A DNA stretch of 56,617 nt, the filler included, from Basidioascus undulatus (Eukaryota): the NCBI GenBank assembly GCA_000826855.1. It is 3 parts of 3 records of this genome, joined end to end, with 100 filler letters (N's around TTAATTAATTAA, not from the genome) between each part and the next. Parts side by side here need not be neighbours in the genome. Positions count along the whole stretch, not along the records: positions 37,842 to 56,617 come from JTLS01000449.1; 2 more parts are not named here. One strand, 5' to 3'. This document shows positions 39,338 to 52,408 of this stretch, in pieces. Both the position numbers and the translations under genes were made by a program. The first letter of the stretch is position 1, and each line of letters opens with the position of its first letter. Under the pieces are notes generated by a model. It worked only from the letters and a program-made list of their open reading frames with translations, did no database searches and had not been told where the DNA came from.

Positions 39338-41190
39338 ATGGCGCTGGGGGAGAACAGGTTCGCCTCCTCCACAGCGCTCTTCAACCACGCCATCCACGCG
39401 CGCTGCCAGGTCCTCGTCCGCCCGCGCTCGGCGGCTGACGTCCCTCGCCGACGACGCGGAAGACGCGCGCATGCGCTCGCCCCCGGCCTCCTCCAACCCC
39501 GCCGCTGCCCCCCGCGCGCGTGGGAACGGGCACGGCTTCGCAGTAGTGACCTTCGGCGCGGGCGTAAAGGGGAAGGATATCGACTTGTGCACTTCGGGGT
39601 CGGTGGCTTCCTCGTACAACTCCTCTTATTCCACTTTCCCCTCCTCCTCCTCCGCGTTCCCCACCTCCTCAGCCACTACTTTCCTCGCTTTCCCCTCTTC
39701 CTCCTCCTCTGCAACCGCATCCACCTCGAACCCCTCCACCAACACCCACGTATTCCGCAGCGCCTTCGCATTCTCCTCCTCTACCGCCTTCCCCTCCTCC
39801 TCTACCAACACGCACCCCTTCGGGAGCGGCCTCCCGACCTACCCCCTTTCGACTCCCTCAGAGCAACCGCAGAAGCACGCGCACGCTCCCGCCCCGCACC
39901 CACCGTACCACGTCCCGCTCTCCGCCTTCCCCGTAGCGGCGGGGAGTTTCTTGGCTGGTGGGTCCCCATTCTTCCTCTCTTCCCCTCTTCCCCGCCCCAC
40001 TTTCGCCTTCCCACCACTTCGAAAAGCGAGCTGACATACTGAGGGGAATGGGGAATGATTGGGGTAGGCGACTTCGGCTTCCTGAGCAGGATGTACGGCC
40101 TAAGCATGGACGCCCTCCTCGAGGCGGAGATCGTCCTCGCCGACGGGCGAGTCGTATGGTGCAGCGAGGAGGAGCCTGGTTCGTCGTCCTCCTTTCTCCT
40201 TTCTCCCCTTAGCCCCCCTTTCCCACCTCCTAGCGTTTACTTTCCGAGTGCAGACTCACTGACTGCCGCAACGGGATGCGGACCCACAGTGCCTCCTCAA
40301 AGACGTCCGCGAGCGCAGCTTCCTAGAGCAGCAGGACAGCGTCGCGAACGTCCTCAAGTCGGGCCACGTGCGGCGGTGGTTCATCAAGGGCGATGTGCGT
40401 CGTTCTCTTCATCCCCTGTCTTCACATCCTTCTTTTGCTTTTGGACGCTCGCTGACTGCTCGTCCGCAGCTCATCCACTCTCTCCCCGACTCGGCCATCC
40501 ATGAGACAGTCGAGAACTTCCTCTCCGTCCCAGACGCATTTGGTCCGTGCCCTCTCCTTCCCTCCCCCCCTCGCCCATCCCTCGGTCCAACCCTTGTCCC
40601 CCTCCCCTCCCGTCCCCACCTTCGCATCAACCCCCCACCCCAACATCCGTCCACGCCGCGGCTGACTCGGGACAGGACGGTGCGCGACGCTAGCGTGGCT
40701 GTTCGAGCTCGCGGGCGGGGCGGTCGAGGACGCGGACGGCGCGGAGGGCACGTTCCTAACCGCGAGCAGCCGGCGTGCGGCGTTCACGCTTGCCGCGCTG
40801 CACCAGTGGCGCGGGAAGGAGGATGACGTGAACTGCGTGGGACCGCCGAGTCGGTGCGTTGCATTGCTCCTCCATACGCTTGAGCAGGAAGGGAGACGCT
40901 GATGCAAACAAGGTCGGGACAGTGGATCCGGGATGTCACCTCGGCTGTGTCGATGGGGGGGCCATTACCTTGCGTGCGTCTCGCGCCCTGATCCAAGTAT
41001 CTCCGTGAGCTGACTCTACCGGTGCGGCGGACCGGACGCAGTTCATCGAGCGCGACGAGCCGCCCGAGCGCATCCGCGCTACGTTCGGCGAGCACTGGGG
41101 GCGCCTGGTCGAGCTCAAGCGGCGCGAGCGGCATGTTCGTGTATAACTTCTGGGTGCGTCCGCCCTCTTCTTTTCCTCCCTACCTCTTCC
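39338..41190 (+). pseudogene. FAD-linked oxidoreductase (PCMH FAD-binding/BBE-like), disrupted
   Basis: LFNHAIHARCQVLVRPRSAADV, VGGF, FGFLSRMYGLSMDALLEAEIVLADG, RRWFIKGD, WLFELAG, AFTLAALHQW and ERIRATFGEHWGRLVELK appear in inconsistent frames with missing segments. Confidence 0.75.
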
Positions 41191-42340
41191 GTCCCTTGCT
41201 GACGTGATGGGTGGGTGCGCAGCCCGGCCCGGAGAGGGAGGAGGCCCTCGCGCAGGCGGATAGGGATGGGGAGGCAATGGGCGCGCAATAATACTGAGAG
41301 CGCTGGACGGTTGCAGGCTTTCTTCTTCTCTTCATTGGCTGGTCCGGGTCCGCCTCCTTTCATGGTTTACGTTATTTCTCTGGCTTTCCATCGCATGCTG
41401 CAGCACCGCAGCTCGCCCCCATTTGGGCGTTCTCTCGCGCAGGAGTGTGAACTTTTTAACGTCATCCCAGGTGATCATCAGCTGTGCACACTGTAAAAAA
41501 AACCCTGTTCTCGTTGCATAGTGGTTACAGCGGCGGGATGTTTTTGTGTCTCGCTCAGGAGTTGATACACACACGCGTGCCAGCCGTCAAAATCAGTGCA
41601 AGGACCATATGCAGGGCTTGGTGGAGCTACTGGACACTGCTCTTGACTGCTCAGCCTGCACGCACTTGTCCAACCGGCTTGTGTGTGTGTACTCCGACTT
41701 CTACGGCAAGACAGGTTGCAGTAACAAGAAGGACAGGTGAGTTCTTTGCTTCTAGTTGATTGTCTTGTTCCCTCCATGTCTTCACCTAACCCCAGCCCTG
41801 TGGCTCCCCGCCCCCCATTTTGCGGACCTCCATTCCACCACCTCCGCATCCTCACCCACAGCTGAGACAAAGACCAGAACAAGGTGCACCCTTTTACTCC
41901 TGATCCTCCTCACCCTCATGAAGCACCGCTAACCTGCAGCTCGGCACCCCTGCGCCCACACTCAGGCTTGCATTTGTGCCCCAGCCTGACCTTGAGTCTG
42001 AGCGGGAACTGCAAAAGGTCAAAAGCAAAGGGCAAGGTGTGCACTTCCTTTTCTATCTCTTGTGATAGTCTGCCTTTTGCTGACTTGCTTGCCTTTCCTC
42101 CGCAGGCTTGGACTCTGGCGGCGACGTGCAAATGGAGAGGCTGTGTTGTGCTGCGGCGGGTGGGGACAGGTGTAGGGGAGGAGAGCTTATATGTGACTTG
42201 GATATTACCACCATTTTCAGCGTTACTATAATTCGTATTGCGTGTGCTGGTCTGGGAAGAGTCTGTGTTTCAGCATTGGAAGAGTCGCAGCCTAGCAGCA
42301 AACATCATGAAATGCTATGGGGAACCGGTTCCTCACACAA

Positions 42341-42974
42341 GCTATTTCCTATGCCCATCCACACGATTTCATCTGATGCGCCTATAAAAGGTCCCATTTT
42401 TCCTGCAGCTGCGCAGCACATCGTTCGGTGGCCGCTGCCAGCAACAGAGTTTCTAATGGACCGTCAACAGCATTTTATCTTTCTGAAGCGCAGCAGCACT
42501 GGCATGAAACTTCTATTGACCATCATACAAATTGAGAATCTGCACCTGATTGACAGTTGGAGAATTTCTGCTGTTCGACTTCCCTCAATCATGCATGATC
42601 AAGCTTGGCCAGGAGGTCTGGCCGGGCAAGGATGGATTGCATAAAGGTCTTGTGTACCTGGTTGGTCATGCGGTGGATATTCTCGAAGATATGGGGCGTG
42701 ATGATCACCTCAAAAGCGGGAGAGACGAGATGCAGCACCGTGGGAAGTTGGACTACAAAACTTCTGCTGCCCAGAACTGTTGATCAGATGCATATTCTAC
42801 TACAAGCAGCAGAAATTTCATCCCAGCGGGGTGCTGCGGGAAGACAAAGTTCTATCGACGGTCAATGAGAAATTCTGCTGCTGCTAAGGGTCCTGAAAGT
42901 TCTGCTGCCTGGCTGCAGGAAAAAAGGGGACTTTTAGACGCCCGTCAGATTAAATTCTGGGCATAGGAAATAGC
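42341..42974. mobile_element. MITE/foldback-like element with long diverged inverted arms
   Basis: GCTATTTCCTATGCCC (42341-42356) is the exact reverse complement of 42959-42974; similarity continues inward for roughly 240 bp per arm. Confidence 0.75.
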
Positions 42975-44269
42975 CTACAGGATGAGCCAGTTCTCCAAAG
43001 CATTTCAAGCTCAGGATCTTTGCTGCCAGGCTGCAAAGCTTCTGATTCTCAGACGCAGACCTCTCTCAGACCAGCGTACACAGCACAAATCATCACAATA
43101 TCATAAAATCTCATCATAATCTAGTTAACAAGTGTCATATCAGTTCTCCTTCCCACCCTCCGTCTCTGCCCAAGCTCTCTGTAGGCACCGAGCTCCCCCT
43201 CGCTGCAAGGCGCGGCTGACTTGCGTGTCGGCATCGGAGTTGGAGCCTGCGGAAGAATACAGCCAGGTCAGCCAAAAGATGGCCAGAAATATAAGAGGTT
43301 GAAACGGAAGTATGCACCAGTTCCTCTTCTCCTTCTCCTTCTGCTGCTGCTGCTGGGGCTCGGACTCGGACTCGAGTTCAGGCTGAGGCACGAACACGAA
43401 CTCGAGCGCAAAGCGCAGAGCAACAGGTCAGCAGTGCTCCATGAGAGTGAGATCAGAAGTGAGGAGGTGCACCTCAACATAATCCTTGTCCCAGCTCTCG
43501 ATGAGGGAATCGTGAACAAGGACAAAGAGTGGACTGAAAGGGGAAGGGGAAGGCCCTACCTGTAGAGGCGTTCTTGATCTGGCAGGTCAGATGGGGATGG
43601 AAGCGGCAGGCGGAACAGACGTCAGCACGGTGTGGTGGATGGGTGTGGATGATGGGAACAGTGGGGAAAGAGCAATGGGGAGAGAGAGCGATGCTGGGTG
43701 AAAGCGATGACGCAGGTGCCGAGTAGAGAAATGAGCGGAGAGGGAATCGGCTCGAAGGAAAGAACTCACCTGTCCTCGACGTCTCATTGCTGCGACCTCT
43801 CTTTCTGCTTTCCTCATTGTTCTCCGCCACAGCCAACCCAGCGTCCACCGTCTCATCCGCCGCCCCCCCTGGCTCGTAGCATGTCTCCACAGCAAACTCT
43901 CTCTTTGTGTTGTAAGTTGTAAGCACTGCAACTTTGCAGTGTAACTATCAAAGGCGTAGGTAACGGCGACGGCAGAGCTGAACTGTGCAGGGTTGGTTCA
44001 GACCTTCCGGTGACACGGCGGCGGCGCTTTCGGCAAACTGTCGGCACACCAGAAAGCTCGCGCGTGGAAGGAGATGGATTGGGGGACGTGGACAACATGA
44101 ACAGGAACGATGACCCGAGGACCGGCATCTGTAGACCCCGACAGCAGCGTCAGCTCACGTCCACAGACAAATTGGCAATGGTTGTGGAAGAGCATGTAAA
44201 GATCAGCTATGCGATGAAATCACCATGCGCGAGACGCCCGCTCCGGGTTGTACAATTGGAGCGTTTGGG

Positions 44270-44620
44270 ATAGCGTTTCGCGCGAACGGTCTGTCCGCCC
44301 ATCGATAGGTTTTCATCACGCCATGCCCCTCCACTGTGTCCTGCGCTATCCGGCGGGGATCCAACGATACGAACATGACGCGAAGACTCACACCTAGAAG
44401 CTAGTGGCATTGGAGCGAGAGGTTATGGAAGACGCTGAACCTGTCGAGCAAGGCTCGTCAGCACCGTAACATGCGCAGGTTTGGCAAATCTGGTTCGGTG
44501 ACGTGGGATGCAGCCAAGGCTGAAACTTTTTGAAAACGTAGGAATCCTCATGAAGATAGGAAGTTTTCGAATGGTATGGGGTATCATCATTTCCCAACAG
44601 AGCACCGACTCGTGCACGGG
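44270..44620 (+). mobile_element. possible Tc1/mariner (IS630-like) transposase remnant
   Basis: Ordered degenerate motifs: NGLS...STVSCAIRR (HTH-like), RQHRN...WQIWFGD (first catalytic Asp context) and RMVWGII (MVWG). Confidence 0.35.
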
Positions 44621-45093
44621 AATGAAGGACTCGATCAACTCACGTGCAAGGCTTCCCCCACACGAGCCACGGACTGTCGGAACTGTTCAGAGCAACACCG
44701 CAGGTCAGGGTCATGTGCGGGATGGTGGAGCATGCTGTCTGCCGTCGCCGCAAGGCACATCAGGTCAAGTGTATGCGGTAGACGCCCATGCGGAGCCTGC
44801 CGACGAGCGGCGGCTCCGTAACACGTTTTCTGATCGTGCTCATCCCTTGACCTTCCCTTCGGAATGAGGACGGTGGATGGAATGAGTACGCACCTGAGAA
44901 TGAAAATAATAAGGACGGAAGTGGTGAGATGGTGAAGGGAGAGAAGAAAGGAAGATGGGAGAGAGAAGACGCTTCCTTTCGGTGTTTAGGGTAGGTTCGG
45001 GCGGGACTTGGACCGGGGGAACTCGCGTGCGGGTTGGGACACGCCCTCATCTCCATCTACCTCTCCCCTCGCTTCTACACCTCCTATACCAGC

Positions 45094-46343
45094 ATGTCTA
45101 CCGCCCACAGGTAGGATCATGTGTTTCGGTGTTCAACCTGCACGCTCTGATCACTTCTCCGGCTCTCCAGGCCGACATGGGACCCCGCTGCGGGCAAGGC
45201 GGACACGAAAGGTGCCTCGCGCCAGTACTCCACGCGCGACATGGCGGCGCACACGAAGCTGAAGTTCCGGTGCGTGTTCTCCTTCAAATCCGTGCGTCTC
45301 TCGTGAGCTGAACCGCGTCGCACACCCACAGCAAGCCCGGCCAGACCTCGCATTCGGACGTGCAGAAGCGCGATCTGCGCGCTGAGCTCCTGCGCGCCGA
45401 AGCTGAGGCGGCGGACAAGAAGCGTAAGGCCGCGGGGCTCCCGCCGCTCGCGCTGCAGAACGGAGGCGGTGAGGAGGGCGAGTCGAAGCGGCGGAAGATG
45501 ATCGAGGCTGCGCGGGGGTTGGACGAGGACGAGGAGGCGCCCGCGCCGGCGGCGGAGGATAAGGGCAAGGGCAAGGCCCCGGCGCAGGATGATGATGAGG
45601 ACAGCGATGAGGACGAGGACGAGGAGGAGAGGTGAGTTTCCTGTGGGCTCGCCGCGGTGGTTGGGGTTGGGCTGATGGGAGTCTGCGGTGGCAGCGACGA
45701 GGACTCGGAGGACGAGACGGCGGAGCTCCTGCGTGAGCTGGAGAAGATCAAGCGGGAGCGTGCCGAGGAGAAGGAGCGCCAGGTGCGTCTTCCGTATTGT
45801 AGACTTCCGCCGCGTCGCTGAACTGTTCCGGGGGTTCACAGGAGCGCGAAGCGTCGGCCGCTGCCTCCGCGTCGCGCGAGGCGGAGGTGGCCCGGGGTAA
45901 CCCGCTGCTGAACCTCGCCAACGCGCTGGGCACGTCGACGCCGGGGGACACGGACAGCGACGCGGCGTCGAGCGTGGGGAGCTTTGCGGTGAAGCGGAGG
46001 TGGGACGACGGTACGTTCTGTTCGACCTCGGCTTGATATCCTGAGGACATGGCTGATATCCTGAGGACATTGCTGACCCCGTGCGGCACGCGGACAGACT
46101 TGATCTTCAAGAACCAGGCGACTGGGTCGGACAACAAGGGAAAGAAGGAGTTCGTGAACGATTTGCTGCGGACAGAGTGTGCGTGTCGCCCGTCACCTTC
46201 ACCCGTGTGATTCAGCGCGTCCTGACAGACTCCTGTTCTCTCATCAGTCCACCGCAAGTTCATGAGTACGCCACGTTGATGCAACGCGTTCGCCTCCCGC
46301 TCTTCACTGACCCGCTTGTCCACCAGGCCGCTTCATCAAGTAG
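45094..46343 (+). CDS. CWC15: pre-mRNA splicing factor Cwc15/Cwf15, multi-exon
   Basis: MSTAHRPTWDPA, AHTKLKFR, EDETAELLRELEKIKRERAEE, GNPLLN, VKRRWDDDLIFKNQA and FVNDLLRTEFHRKFMSRFIK*. Confidence 0.96.
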
Positions 46344-47039
46344 ACGTTACCTCAGACCGTGCTCCGCTGCTACGGACGTGCTTGTTGTATATCCTCCCAT
46401 CCTCCCCATGATACAGCACTTCTATGGACCGTGATGAGGGAACACGACATGCTCGGTGTTGATGGAGTTCGTCACGTCGAAACTTTTCCGAGCCGCACAC
46501 TGGTGCTGCAGCGTTCGAGTTCACTTATCGTCCTATCCTTTCGGTCTGGAGGCCTTGCTGCCTGCTCGATCGTGTCGATCACACTTCTCAGACTGCCCAC
46601 ACGCCAGTGAGGGACCGCGGTGGTGTGAGCCATTTTCGCGTTGATCTGTTCGTCGCTTCATTTCGAGTGTCTCTCACGCTCTCCGTCCCTTTCTTTCCCG
46701 GCGCCTCTCCCTCTTCGTTGCACGACTTTATCGCCGAAGGAGGTGCTTGACACTCAAGTTTGCACATGCAGCGCCCCATATCTATCCTCACCTGGCGCCA
46801 CTCGCCAGCCCGTATGCCTTCTGGGCGCCTCATCCTCCTCTTCTCCTTCAACGCTTCTCGGCTTCTTTCGATTTCACTTGACAGGGAGGTTGGCCAGTTG
46901 ACGGCGCTTTGCGGCCTGATCACAGAGGCTTACCATGTCCGTGTGCCAGACACGCCCACACGCTTGATCACCTATGGACACATATCTTCATGACAGCATC
47001 GAGAAAACGAGCGCTTCAATGCAACGCTCCCCGCATTTC

Positions 47040-48810
47040 TTCGACTTGCTACATCCTGTTCAATTGGCATCGCCGGCAGACGAGCATCCGGCAGTCGCCG
47101 CAGCGCATGAGGAACGACGGAGGTGGTACTGGCAGCTCTCGCACTGGCCACCACCGCCGCGGTAGCGGAAGCCAAAGGGATGCGTGCAAGCATGGTGCCG
47201 ACGACTAGAAAATTTCATGGGCCAGTTCCGTCAGCGTCAAAGATCCGGCAACAAAGGGGATCCGGCCGGCGTACAGGTTCTCGACAGCCTCAGCAATGTG
47301 GCGATCCTGGATACGGGCACCGGACGGTCTCCGAAGTCGACCCCAACCCGCCGTTGGGCTTGGTCCATGAGCCGGTTCTCGTTGAACGTATCACAGGGGC
47401 AGTTTTTCCCTTTGACGGATTCGGGCGGCGTTAGCTTGCCAGTGTGAGCCCAATGCCCCAACGTATTTCGTGCAGGAGCTGCTCCCATTCGGCACCGCAG
47501 AGCAGAACTGATGCCCGCAGCTATGGGGTTGCCTCCCGAAATAAGCCAAACTCCACAAAAGTAGCGGGGAAGTAACGCGCCGGCAGGTCATGTGGAAGCA
47601 GCCGATTGTCAGCTCTACAAGAATGCACTCGTCAATTTGTTCCGCCTCAGTGGTCATACAGATGTGTAGACAAGACGTACTTTTGCCAACCAGATGTCCC
47701 AGGCATCGCCAGCACCTCGAGCGGCGCACAATCTCCTGCCGGCCCCTGCAAGTCCCGCTGCTGTCATGCTCCTGCGCATGTCCCTTGCACACCCTACAAA
47801 CGTTGGTTCCACACTGGTCGCAGACAGCGATCCTGCTTTGCCCGTCGCCCTCTTCAGCGGAGCCCAAATCGAGCACCCGACGTTCGGGCAGTAAAGCTTG
47901 TCCACGGTTTCAAACTCGGGGACAACTTCAGCGAACTCGGCCAGGAACGCCGGCTTGACGTGCGGAGCGATGATCGAGATAGGGAGCGGGACTTTGCAGC
48001 AGCGGACGGGGAGGAGGCTCTGATCCATGAGTGCTTTGGAAAATAGCTCGCGAAGGCAACCGATGTCGTAGCGATGCTGGTTGGCGCAGGGAACGGCGAT
48101 GGTGCGGGAAAGCCGAGTCGCGGCAGATAACGCATTCAGCTCTGTTTCGGGGCAAGAGTCAGGCACACCTAAAGACACAAAAGGAACGATAGGTGGATAT
48201 ACCTGTCCTCCACAGGCCTAAAGGAAGCCAGGACGTTAGTGAGCGAGATCGATGTGAAGGCCAAAATTAAAACTCACCGAGCGACCTCTCTGACCTTGGA
48301 CGGTCCTGCAACAGCCTGTTGGGCAGGAGAAGGGAGAGCAAGGCGCCTCAAGAGATTCTCCCTCAACATCGATGACGACGAGCTAGGACCGACGTGCAGC
48401 GGCTGGGGCGACGACGACCGTGCCGATCCTGGCGGGAACGTTGGCAATGGCCGCCCTGCGGCGAGTGCATGCGCGTACTCCCTGTCCCGTCTGGCCTGCT
48501 TTTCCTCCCCGTTATTCCGGGACAGAGTCTCCTTATCCGCTCGCACAACCTCGTCGAGGCTACGTGCAAGAGCCCGGTCGGACGAAACCTGCTGAACGCT
48601 CTCAAGCTCGGCTTTGTACGCCTTCAACGCCAACTCGCTGTCTGGGCCGGTCTCGCTCTCCGGACGCTTTCCCTTCTGTTTGGCCTGGAGCTCCGCAATG
48701 TCGTCGAGCTGGAGCTTCAGGACAATGAGGAGGAGCTCCTCTTGCTCGTACTGGTCGGCGGCTGTCGTAGACGCCAACGTGGGACTGGAGTGGACGACAA
48801 GGGCAGTCAT
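47040..48810 (-). pseudogene. RBR (RING-IBR-RING) E3 ubiquitin ligase, frameshifted; 3' end approximate
   Basis: N-terminal LQLDDI..KQKGK..DRALARS; RING1 ECVIC..VPC..H.Y..GCL..LF....DQSLLPVRCC; IBR LYCPNVGC..CDQC..VC..CK..H; RING2 VELTIGCFHMTC..CGHQFC. Frame switches near 48110 and 47870. Confidence 0.8.
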
Positions 48811-50027
48811 GGTGAAGTGCGTCGCCGGCGTGGTGTATTGAGAGGGCGATGGCCTCTCGGGAACCTGCAGTCAATACGGAATCAGATCTGCCGCAGAGCG
48901 GAAGCACACTCTCCCGGTGTCCGCCTCAGTCGCGGGACAGCTATTAAGGGCTTTCATATTTGAGAATCCATGAGGGATGCAGTGTCCCTTAATATTGGGC
49001 GTATTTCAAATAATTGCAGAGCATCGGGGGTTCAAGTAGCCCGCGGACCAAGCCAGTTCTGAAGGTGGACTCTCCATCCTCGCTGATTATGCGTTTAGGG
49101 CAGCATCACTCAAGCCGGCCGAACCCAAAAGCCAGCTGTTATCATGTCCATTCGGTTTGCTTGGTTTAATAGAAAACTTGAGGCATCAACACTCCGCAAA
49201 TGCTCAGATCACCGAGAAAGGCAGCACGCAAGCAAGCTATGCCGCAATGGAGAGGCTGGTCAAAAGGTGCCTCCTTAAAGGTTGGTCAGCTTGTCTTACA
49301 TAAATCACAAGAAGGAGTGTTGCAAGGCGTCGTGATCATATTAGAAAGTGCGAAGCGCCAGATGCTGGAGTGCATTTCGCCGATGCCCTCTACCAGGATG
49401 CAGCTCGTTTTCCGAAGCTACTTACTTTGTCAACTTGGGAGTATCGCCTCAAGTTCAAACTTCCAGTGTTACTCACCCACCCCGCCCTACCTGATACTCC
49501 TTTGAAGCGGCAATTGCATTCGTTACTACTCACGAGACGCATCGCTGCACCGGCAGTCCTGCAACAAGACACTGGCGTTGACAGAGAGTATGAGGACCGT
49601 GGAGGAAGAATTATGGATAATACAAGATGCCTTTGTGAATTTAGGTTGATTGCTTGAGGACAACATCAGACTTGTCTCTTCCAGCTGACGAGGCAGCACG
49701 AGACGCTGCGACGCGACTCGGAGGGCTGGGTTGTCCAGTGGATCGAGGTGTTTGTTGCTCAGTCGACGCTTCAGGAGGTCAATTTCACTATTTTTTTTGG
49801 ATCTTTGCTCCTTGTACAAGGTCAACAAATATGCCGAGAGTGCTCACAGACGAAGAATTTCATGGAAAGGTGTCGCGTTTCGAACCATGTCCGTACGGTC
49901 CCGTTCCCCTGGAACATCTCGAGGCCCTCCTCCACAGCTCTGTCCCTCCCTCTCTTCCTTTCGACCTCATCATGTTCAACGCGCCGAGTTCTCTCCCCCT
50001 CCCCCTTCCTACAAGATCCAGAACACG

Positions 50028-51900
50028 ATGTCTTCCGCCACTCTCGATTCCGTGCTGTGCCTTGTCGCGGAGTACATCCACGACTGCTCCGTTGAGCGCT
50101 TCGATGCGCCACTTCAGGCCTAAAAGCCCAAGGATTTCGACATCGCTCGAAAAGCTCTTCTCGCCTTCTGCTTGGTCACTCGATCCATCTGCCGGGACGC
50201 GCAGCGGCTCCTGTCGCTCGTCGCCATCGACGTCCCCGTCTCGTCTCCCAGCCCCACTCGTCGTACTCTTTCTTTTCCCACTCGACTCGATATGTTGCTG
50301 CGAGATGCTCTGGAAAGACGGGAACCTCCATTCTAGGGCATGGAAGCTAACACAGTCTCACACGATTCCAGCACTTCCACTTCGCTCCCACAACATTGAC
50401 GACGCAGACGGCCCCCGAGCTTGCGGACGTCAAGCCTTTCGCTAAACTCATCGCCTCCACCAGCGCGGGTAAAGACCTCGGCAGCCTTTTTATCGATGGC
50501 GTAGCTCTCGAAGGCGCTGTCGCGGACCCCGGGAATGGGCGGCCCGCCCCTTTCGTGGCCGAAGGCGGTCGAGCACCTGCGCATCATCTCGACCGACGCC
50601 CCGCTCGGACTGTTTGAGGCGCTTCCAGTCCAGCAGTGGAACCTCCGTTCCTTTGAATGCTCTTTTCGCGGTACTTTGTCTTGGAAGAACTCCCGCTGGT
50701 TGTGTGCGCCATGCCGGAAAGCGTGAAGGAGTTCATCCTGGACGCCGACGAGGTGGTCATTTCCCAAGGTTGCGACGACAAATGCTGGTGCGATCTCTTT
50801 GACGTTGGTATATGAGTATGCAGGCTCATGTGTATCGTAAGCCATGTCATACTGAGCAGCAGGGTTCTCAACTGACTTGGACGCTGATCGCGGGTTGGAA
50901 AAGCTGATCGGAAAGGCCCAATAGCGTTTGCGCAGATGTGCTCCTTGCAGGCGGGGTATTACAACGGACAGGTACGTCCATGTGCTCTGGTTACACAACA
51001 AGAGAATTGCCTCAATGCAACCTTGCGTTACAGATCTACATTCATCGCGCGTTCATCCGCACTCCGCGCCGACCGTCAGTTACGCGCTTCCCTTCTCTCG
51101 CAACTGCACCAACGCTGCCCGCTCAATGGCGCATATCATAGACCTGTATTCGAGGCGGTGTCCACGGGGCTCGCCCTGCGACCTCACCCAAGTGCGTTGC
51201 CGTTCTGCAACTTCTAGCTCTGCAGCCGATCGTTTCAGGCTTTGCTAACCGCTCCCGCAAAGTCCTTCATGGCCGCAATCGTACTGATCATTAGCGTTTG
51301 GGCTGACAAGAAGAATGGTCTTGTATCTGGAACCTCCGATTTGCAAATGAAGGGTGCGCACACCCTTATTTAATCCCGCGAGCGTGACGGTCGCTGAACA
51401 CTAACTCACAACTGCAGAGCTCACCAGCTGCATGGACTACATCCACTCGCTCGAGAACGATTTCTGGCTTGCCGGGAAGCTCTGGTACGTAATTCGAGTG
51501 GGTTCAGTCTCCTACTTTTTACTCACTTCTGTTCAGACTTTCTTCACTGCTGTGCTTTCGGAGCTCGTGTGTCCCTTTCCTCGGCGAAGCCCCGTTAGTT
51601 GTGGCTTCCAACGCCTGCACGATTTACTGACTCAAACTTCGCAGCCGAACCTCAAGCTCGTAAACGTTCCCACAAATCGTATGAGCTCCTATTGGTCCGC
51701 AAGCACCACGATCCCGCGCTAGACATGGCCACGTGCAAAGGCTCAACTCCGAGCACGTCAAGGACCTGGCGGGCTGGATCGAGTCGCTGGAGCGGGCGAG
51801 GTTGATGACCATTGCAGAGGATGGGTCGACCTGGAAGGAGACGTGGAGAGTGATGCGGGGCATGGGCGGGAGCGTTCGCGACGTCGTGCATGAGGGATGA
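50028..51900 (+). pseudogene. F-box/LRR-like protein, degenerate
   Basis: MSSATLDSVLCLVAEYI (F-box-like), in-frame TAA at 50121-50123, then KALLAFCLVTRSICRDAQRLL and LRR-like NLRSFEC, SVKEFIL and PNLKLVNV. Confidence 0.5.
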
Positions 51901-52408
51901 GCACGACGCAGCCTCTCGTGCTGTCGCATGGTATTCGATTGGACTTTCGTGTTCTTTATATTTCCTCTCGTTATGTACTTCCCCGCTTCTTCTACTCTTT
52001 CAATCTACCGCCCTGCGTTACCAGCAAAACCCAACCAAATCTCCCAGGTTTGTTTTGTGCTTCTCGACAGCCAAAGTCGACCGGTAGCCCTACAGCAGCG
52101 TAGTATGCGCTGCGCAATGCGAAGATGTGTTTCTATTGCTTGCGGTGCAGAAACACAGCGTAAGGTATCGGTACGCTGTGCGGCATTACAGCGAAACATG
52201 CACCCGATCACGCATGTCTGCCGCATATTGCTCAACCGCACAAGTCCGCCGATAGCGTACCACACCCAGCGACAATACGAAGAGAAAATATGCTTTTGTT
52301 GCTTGCGGTGCAGAGAAAACAGATCATTACGCTCTAGCCCATCATCGCGCATCACCATCAACCCACTGCCCTTATCCCCCCTCACCGCCCACCGTCGTCT
52401 GCCACCCC

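Noticed and set aside
46036..46075. GATATCCTGAGGACAT direct duplication in a CWC15 intron
   Set aside because: A simple local 20-bp-period tandem duplication near the branch point; no evidence of function.
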